From Chiloscyllium plagiosum (lineage: Eukaryota): a DNA stretch of 27,501 nucleotides. A program made the translations under genes and the position numbers. Of this stretch, positions 21,147-27,501 are shown in pieces. Positions within the stretch are counted from its first letter, which is position 1. Each line of letters opens with the position of its first letter. The notes beneath the pieces are model-generated. The model did no database searches and was not told the origin of the DNA. It saw only the letters and a list, made by a program, of their open reading frames with translations. The stretch spans positions 11,184,390 through 11,211,890 of the forward strand of contig NC_057750.1 in assembly GCF_004010195.1 (NCBI RefSeq). Reading direction: 5' to 3'.

Positions 21147-21554
21147 CCATCGAAGATTCATATCAAACTCAACTGTATTTCTCCCTTCACAGATAGTCTC
21201 AGGCCCGCTGAGTTTCTGCAGTTTTTAGCTGAAACAGACTTGCTGCTCTGGGCAGTTTAATTAAACTTTGAGGACAGGTTAGATAGGCTTTGGTTAAATT
21301 CCTTTGCAGTTTGAAGGTGGCTGATGGAAATATTCAGTTGGGGAGATACCAGAGCAACTTTCCTCTGGCGCGGGAGTTCAGAAACAGAAGTACAATTGTA
21401 AAATCAGACTTAGGCCATTTAGGAAGAAATTCAGGAGGCTGTTCTTTCACACAAAGGGTTGTGGAAATGTAAAATGCTCTAACTCCCTGAAAATGAGTAA
21501 ATACTAGGGCCAGTTGAGCCTTTCAAGATAACCAGGAGCTTTTTTTATGGATAG

Positions 21555-21875
21555 GGAAGCATGGTGGCTCAGTGGTTAGCACTGCTGCACTCACAGTGCA
21601 GAGACCCAGGTTCGATTCCAGCCTCGGGCGACTGTCTGTATGAAGTTTACACATTCTCCCCATGTCTGCATGGGTTTCCTCCCATGGTCCAAAGGTGTGC
21701 AGGTTAGGTGGATTGGCCATGCTAAATTGCTCATAGTGTCAAGGGATGTGTGGGTTAGCTATGGGAAATGCAGGGTTACAGGGATAGGTTAGGGGAAAAT
21801 GAGTCTAGGTGGGATACTCTTCAGAGAGTTGGTGTGGGCCAAATGGCCTGTTTCCACACTGTATGGATGCTATGG
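21555..21875 (+). mobile_element. HE1-like tRNA SINE, within a degenerate CR1 3' fragment (~21340-21980)
   Basis: A box tggctcagtggttagc and B box ggttcgattcc. The flanking CR1 reads 'FTQRVVEM'. Confidence 0.8.
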
Positions 21876-22083
21876 ATAAGGGGGATATTAAACAAAGGTA
21901 GGTAAATAGGTTTGAGGTAGAAATCTGATTAAGAGGTGCAACAGGTCCTGACTGGGTTGAATGGCCTCATCCTCTTACGACCACGAGCATTACCTATTAT
22001 GTAATTAGGAAATCACTACTGTATCTTTGTGTAGAGGCAGTGACCCACAGGGAATTGGAAGCTGAGATCTGTTTTTTTTACAG

Positions 22084-22373
22084 AGTGCTCATTTCTGATC
22101 CCTTATCCTCTAGGGTCTTCAAACAGAGCAGCAGAGAGTTGGAGGAGCACGAGCCCACCCAGTTGCTTCGCACCTGACCATACCCCAACTTCTGAAAGTG
22201 GCTGGAGAGCATTCCACAATGAAGATCGGCAGATGCAGGGCAGCAGCTTTGATGCTTTTCCCCTGAATAAGTGGGAGGTAGAACAACAGGGAACCAGGAT
22301 AAAATGGTGGTCCACTGCCCTGGAGCGAGACACATTCCAACCAACACCATCTGCACAAACCTTACTGGGCGAT
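22084..22373 (+). CDS. Internal coding exon of the aftiphilin-family gene
   Basis: Acceptor tttttttacag|, donor GAT|gtaagt. 290 nt, fully open in the phase-1 frame required by the previous exon: ECSFLIPYPLG...ESGWRAFHNED...SFDAF...KWWSTAL...LLGD. Absent from the ORF track. Confidence 0.8.
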
Positions 22374-22574
22374 GTAAGTGATTGCACAATATATGTTGAA
22401 CATTAGATACCTGTAGCAGTATGGAAACGGGTCATTCAGCCCAACTGTCAGTGCAATCCCTTTCCTACCTACTTTCATCAAATACTATCGGCTTATCCTG
22501 CTATTCCTTACCTTTCATGTGCTTACTTGGCTTTGTTCAATACTAGAGTTAGACAGGATCCAAACATTTCCAGA

Positions 22575-22910
22575 CAGGGATGGCACAACGGCTCAGTGGT
22601 TACAACCACTATCTCACAGCACCAGGGACTCGGGTTCAATGCCAGCCTTGGGTGACTGTGTGGAGCTTGCACATCCTCTCCAGGTCTGTCTGGGTTCCCT
22701 CTGACTGTTCCAGTTTCCTCCCACAGTCCAAAGATGTGTATGTTAGGTGGATTGGCCATGTTAAATTATCCACAGTGTCTAGGGATGTGTAGGTTAGGTG
22801 GGTTAGCCTTGGAAAGAATAGGGTGGGGAGGTGAGTCTGGGTGGGATACTCTTCGGAGAGTTGGTGTGGACTTGTTGGACCGAATGGTCCACTGTAGGGA
22901 TTCTATGAGT
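22575..22910 (+). mobile_element. HE1-like tRNA SINE
   Basis: cggctcagtggttac...gggttcaatgccagcc...ctgtagggattctatgag. Confidence 0.8.
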
Positions 22911-23465
22911 TCTATTCCAGCTCACTGTCCATCCATACCCAGTCAAGTGCTCTCCCAAATATCCTTGAATTAACATATAGCTATCATCTGTTCCCTAGTT
23001 CCAGTACTCGGGCATCTCTACCAGGCCATACTGGAAGATAACAAGCTTCCCCTCAAATGTTGGACCAGCTGGAGTCTTCAGCTATTCAGACTGGCTCGAC
23101 CTCATCAGGGTTTGCCCAGTGCTACTAAGATTTAAGTAAATAGCAAACTAGACCATAATATGGGAGTGAAGGATAATAATGCTCATTAACAAGCTGGTGC
23201 TGTAACACTTTAACTTTAAGGCAATACTACAGCGGGTGCCAGGGTAGATCAATGAGCATGGGACTAAACCTGTTGCAAATTAGGATGTCGCGAACAAAAT
23301 TTTAATTCAACGCAAATTTATGGAATGTGGATAATCTTTCCATGGAATTGAGGGGTCTGAAATGGAAGCAAAACATTATTCTCATGCTGATTAGCTCCAG
23401 GGAGGATTGTCTTGAAAGTGTTGCAATTGCTGCTTTGCCTGAGTTGTCTGTATCTTGGTTTTCAG

Positions 23466-23587
23466 GTTGGACTGGAGTCAGTGTTCCACTCCTGTTTCCC
23501 CATGGTCTCTTCCACCAGCTCGCATGACTCAATCCCACCCCTCGGGCAGCTGCTGGGCACAGAGAAACCGGGTGAAGGATTCCTGAG
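23466..23587 (+). CDS. Internal coding exon of the aftiphilin-family gene
   Basis: Acceptor ttggttttcag|, phase 0 matching the previous exon, donor AG|gtacag. Peptide VGLESVFHSCFPMVSSTSSHDSIPPLGQLLGTEKPGEGFL resembles, from memory, aftiphilin 'LERVFEACFP...VTSLKHLL' just before the clathrin-binding box. Confidence 0.75.
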
Positions 23588-23862
23588 GTACAGTGAAGTG
23601 TCCATTTGACATTCCATACTATTCATATATTGCACTTTCAGCAACAGGAGACTTACTGACCCAACCAGTCCAACACGTGTTTGCTGAGGAATAAAAGGAT
23701 ATATTATTTGGAATGATGTCCAGAAATAGGTTATTCAGCCTATCAGGTCCAAAAGCCACATGAACCTCCTGCCATCCTCCTTCCCCTGACTCTATCAGCA
23801 TTACCTTCTACTCTTCTCTCCCACAAAGCACCTGTGCTATTTGTCTCAATTACTCCCTAAAA

Positions 23863-24520
23863 CATAGAATTCCTACAGTGTGGATACAGGCCATTCGACC
23901 CATCAAGTCCATACTGAAATTCCAAAGAGCATCCCACCCAGACCAAACCCCCCCAATGCATTCCTGTAATCCTGCATTTCCCATGGCTAATCCACCTAGT
24001 CTGCACATCCCTGGACACTATAGGGAAATCCGACTAAACTATAGGGTGGCACAGTGGCTCAGTGGTTAGCACTGCTGCCTCAAAGCGCCAGGGACCCGGG
24101 TTCAATTCCAGCCTCGGGCAACTGTGTGGAGTTTGCATGTTCTCCCTGTGTCTGCGTGGGTTTGCTCTGGGTGCTCAGGGCTCCTCCCACAGTCCGAAAG
24201 ATGTGCAGGTCAGGTGAATTGGCCATATTAAATAGTGTTTGGTGCATTAGTCATAGGGAAATGGGTCTGGGTGGTTTACTCTTCGGAGCGTCAGTGTGGA
24301 CTAGATGGGCCAAAGGGCCTGTTTCCACACTGTAGGGAATCTAATCTAATCTGCACATCTTTGGACTGTGGGGGGAAGCTGGAGCATATGGAGGAGACCT
24401 ACACAGACATGGGGAGAATGTGCAAACTCCTCATAGACAGACGTCTAAGGATGGAATCAGATCTAGATCCCTGGCGCTGTGAGGCAGCAGTTCTAAACAT
24501 TGAGCCACCATGCTGCCCTA
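23863..24520. mobile_element. Nested HE1-like SINEs: a plus copy (24042-24350) inside a minus copy
   Basis: Minus-copy tail at 23863 and head at ~24520. The inner copy has gtggctcagtggttagc / gggttcaattcc boxes and an (aatct)n tail. Confidence 0.75.
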
Positions 24521-25242
24521 ACAGTAAGTTGAATACTCTAGTCATTCTCTGACTGAAGATGTTTCAATTGATTTCCCATTAGGGAGTATTTATGGGTCTG
24601 TCAGTTTGGATTCCTCACACAAGTGGAAATGTCTCCAGGTTTATCTTACCAAACTTTAGCATAAGTTTATGCAGTCACCCTTAAGCTTTCTGTATTCTAA
24701 AAAAAAAGAGCTTTGGTCTGTTCATTCTTTTCAGCTGCCGCATAAACCCAGGTATCAGCACACTGCCATGGGAACAAAGGAAAATCTGCCATTCAACAAG
24801 ATCAGAACTGATCTGGAACCTTACTCTGTACACCCATCTTTGCCCTATATGTTCTAATTCGTTAATTAGTCAACAAAAAATTGACCTCACCTCAAATTCA
24901 AAGTGAACAATTGATCTACATTAATTGCAGAGGGAAGTGCTAAACTTCTACCAGCCACAGTCTGAGGAGTGTTTCCTGAATTAAATTCTGGAACATTTTT
25001 TGCTCTAATATTTATGCTCCACCCCTGAGTCTTAGACTCCCCAAGTAGCAAAAATCATTTATCCTACTTGTTTCCCTTTGAAACCCTGATCAAATAAGTA
25101 CATGTTTTCTGCTTACTAGGGAGTACAAACCTAGTTGGTGTATTCTCCCTTTGTAGTTTAACCCTTGGAGTTCGGCAAATCCACACAGCATTCCCTCCAA
25201 GGCCAATATATCCTTTCTTAGGTTTGCTGCCCACGACTGCTT

Positions 25243-25873
25243 CACATCATTTCAAAAACTGTTAATTTAATAGCAATTCCCCGCGAAGAACAAAAGTCAT
25301 ATTTTGAGGGCTTCTTATCTTAACATTGCTTTATTTACTTGAGATTTGGTTAGTCCACATCTCGTGGACTCTGTTCATTACTGGGACACCACACTTCTTT
25401 TTAAAATCATTTACAGAATGTAGCTGATCGCTGGCTGGACCAGCATTTATTGCCCATCCCTAACTGCGCCAAGAAGGTGGTGGTGAATTGCCTACTGGAA
25501 CCGCTGCAGTTCATATGGTGTAGGGACACCCACAATGCTTGTAGAGAGGAGTCCCATGACTTGACCCAAAGGCAGTGAAGGAACAGCGATATAGTTCCAA
25601 CTCAGAATGGTGTGTGTGGTTGGGAGAGGAGCTTGTAGTAACGTTTCTCCCTCAGTGGTAGAGCTTGTGAGTTTGGAAGATGCTGTCGACAGTACCTTGG
25701 TGAGTTGCCGCAAGAACATCTCTTAGGTGGTACATACTGCTGCCACTGTAAGTTATTGGTGGAATGAGTGAATGGAGCACATCATTTCAAAAACTGTTAA
25801 TTTAATAGCATTTCCCCACACAAGAACGAAAGTCATATTTTGAGGGCTTCTTATCTTATCATTGCTTTATTTA
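25243..25873 (+). repeat. About 95-bp direct repeat pair (25243-25337 and 25778-25873)
   Basis: cacatcatttcaaaaactgttaatttaatagca...gtcatattttgagggcttcttatctta.cattgctttattta occurs twice with few differences. Confidence 0.9.
25398..25777 (-). mobile_element. LINE 3' fragment (same family as 650-950)
   Basis: 'ccagcatttattgcccatccctaactgcgccaagaaggtggtggtg...'. Confidence 0.6.
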
Positions 25874-26627
25874 GCAATGCTATTGAATATCAAGAGCAGA
25901 TGGTTAGTTTTTCCTCTTTGAGACAGATAGCCTTGCATTTATGTGGCACACATGTTACTTGCTACTTATCAGTCCAAGCTGATGAGGAAGGAAATGTTGG
26001 CCTTAGACTGGGTACAACACAAAGTTTAACAGAATGGTACAGGAGCTGAAAGGGTGGGATGTGGGTTTAGGCTCCTTGACTTTAGAAGATTGAATACTGA
26101 GACAGAGGTGAAACAAAGTGAAAGGATTTAGTGTATAAGCACTGAGGAACTATTTTCCCTGGTGGGTGAATGCAGGCTACAGTGGGAGAGCGAAACTAAG
26201 GCCGGTGGGTTGGGGATGCAGGGGTAGCATTTCCCCCATGGACCTGACAATCCTAACATTGGGGTCTCAATGTTTCACCATGTTTGGAAGGGCTGGGATT
26301 TTTTTTTTCCAAATGACCAGTTACTGGGCAGAGAATGGGCTGACTGTCCAATTGAGGACAGTCTCAAAACTGGAGGACCAATGGGAGGAAGGAGGCTGTC
26401 ATTTCATATAAGAGAGACAGGAAGACGTAGGATCGCCCCTCCATTTGGAGGAGGTTTCCATCCAATGTTGTGAACTTTTAAATGCAATGCCTTCAAGGGT
26501 TACATGAACCCAGTTGAAAGGGCAGGCTTTGATGGCTAATCATTTTCCATGTGCCTGAAAATTGTCACAACCCATCAGTGAGTGATGAGGGGGTGAGAAG
26601 AAGGCCTATGGGAGCAGGGGAAATATT

Positions 26628-26780
26628 GGGGGCGGGGTGCAGATGGGGAAATCAGACATTATCTCAGAGCTTGTCACCCCCAAAATCTCAGTTCATGATC
26701 CCACTTGGATCATGACCTGAGATTTTGGGGGTGACAAGCTCTGAGGCAATGTCTGATTTCCCCATCTGCACCCCGCCCCC
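26628..26780. repeat. 74-bp-arm near-perfect palindrome with a 5-nt loop
   Basis: Arms 26628-26701 and 26707-26780 with 3 mismatches; loop cactt. Confidence 0.9.
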
Positions 26781-26958
26781 ACTTGGATCATGACCCCCAC
26801 TTTCTGTTCTGAAAGCCTGCCAAGAGCAATGACCCCTGGTGCCATCAAGAAGGCTACCTCCCATGGTTTTGACATCTTCTCTGGGTTACAAACTGACTGG
26901 GAAATTCCAATCGGTCTCTGATGGCAGAATCTTGAGAGATGAGGAAGTCAAGGATGGT

Positions 26959-27501
26959 GGAGGGATCCAAGATGGCGGCGACCCAGTAAGACTGAGTCTA
27001 TAGTGCTCCTCCCAAGACTTGGGTACAGTGGGTCACCTACCCCCTACCAAGCTCACCAAATCATTTATAATAGTTTTGTAATTTAATTAGTTGTGTAATA
27101 TTACATTTAAACAATTTAATCCTAAGTTAAAATGACTAAAGGGAAGGGAACCCGCAGCTCTCAGCAAGCAGGAACCCCTCCCCTACCCTCTCCAGCTGCA
27201 GCAGAGGCGTCTGCAGCCGCCCCAGGGGACTTACCAACAGTAACAAGCCTTGCAGAAATGCTTTCCAAGCTTGACTCGAAGATCGATGCCTTTATTGTCG
27301 AATCCAGAAATCGTTGGGAGTCGCTCTCGGCCGCGCTGCAGAAGCACGACCGAGAGATTGAAGAAATTCAATGCCGAGTCGGAGGGGCGGAGCTAAAAGC
27401 CGCGACCTCCGAAAATACCGCTCAATCGGCCGTGGATCAGGTCCGGACTCTCGAGCAATATGATTGGAAAATCATATTGACGACCTCGATAACCGAGGTC
27501 G
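26959..27501 (+). mobile_element. 5' end of an L1-clade LINE: 5'UTR plus frameshifted ORF1 (ATG 27132), running off the window
   Basis: Starts ggagggatccAAGATGGCGGcg (YY1-type motif typical of L1 5' ends). CpG-rich ORF MTKGKGTRSS...SLAEMLSKLDSKIDAF...EIEEIQCRV (coiled-coil-like), then LENHIDDLDNRG (L1 ORF1 'DLENRSRR'-like) in a shifted frame from 27464. Confidence 0.75.

Larger units (their letters stand above)
20470..21230. mobile_element. Nested cluster: old PLE pLTR remnant, then HE1-like SINE (20617-21085, plus), then 146-bp mini PLE (20653-20798)
   Basis: pLTR-like sequence at 20470-20612 and 21095-21230 flanks a SINE whose head is split by an insert with TSD gttgatactgctg (20640-20652 and 20799-20811). 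Confidence 0.7.

Noticed and set aside
21555..21630. tRNA gene (A and B boxes)
   Set aside because: It continues directly into SINE body and a CR1-like tail, like the other copies; a SINE head, not a tRNA.
22078..22389. Three overlapping minus-strand ORFs
   Set aside because: Antisense shadows of the plus-strand exon 22084-22373, which has proper splice sites and adaptor-binding motifs.
23588..26950. Next exon carrying the clathrin-binding box
   Set aside because: I could not find a convincing phase-2 exon with the expected W..LQ...W motif; it probably lies beyond the window.

Overview
Repeat-rich eukaryotic genomic DNA, most likely from a cartilaginous fish (shark), judged from its CR1/HER1-like LINEs, HE1-like and SacSINE1-like tRNA SINEs and Penelope-like elements (PLEs). 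Most ORFs in the supplied track are transposon fragments or noise. One plus-strand spliced host gene can be rebuilt from phase-compatible coding exons at 11486-12671, 22084-22373 and 23466-23587. It probably has a non-coding first exon in a CpG-rich region near 4.9-5.0 kb and continues past the window end. It encodes an aftiphilin/CLBA1-family clathrin-adaptor accessory protein with FGxF and WxxF motifs, an 'LESVFHSCFP' block and a hidden 14-aa (42-bp) repeat array. Its introns hold many hairpin-shaped PLE insertions from three pseudo-LTR sequence types, each carrying a minimal hammerhead ribozyme motif. These include 146-206 bp non-coding elements with 13-bp target-site duplications. Also present are several template-switch rearrangements and the 5' end of a young L1 at the right edge. 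All family assignments are from recalled motifs, not database searches.
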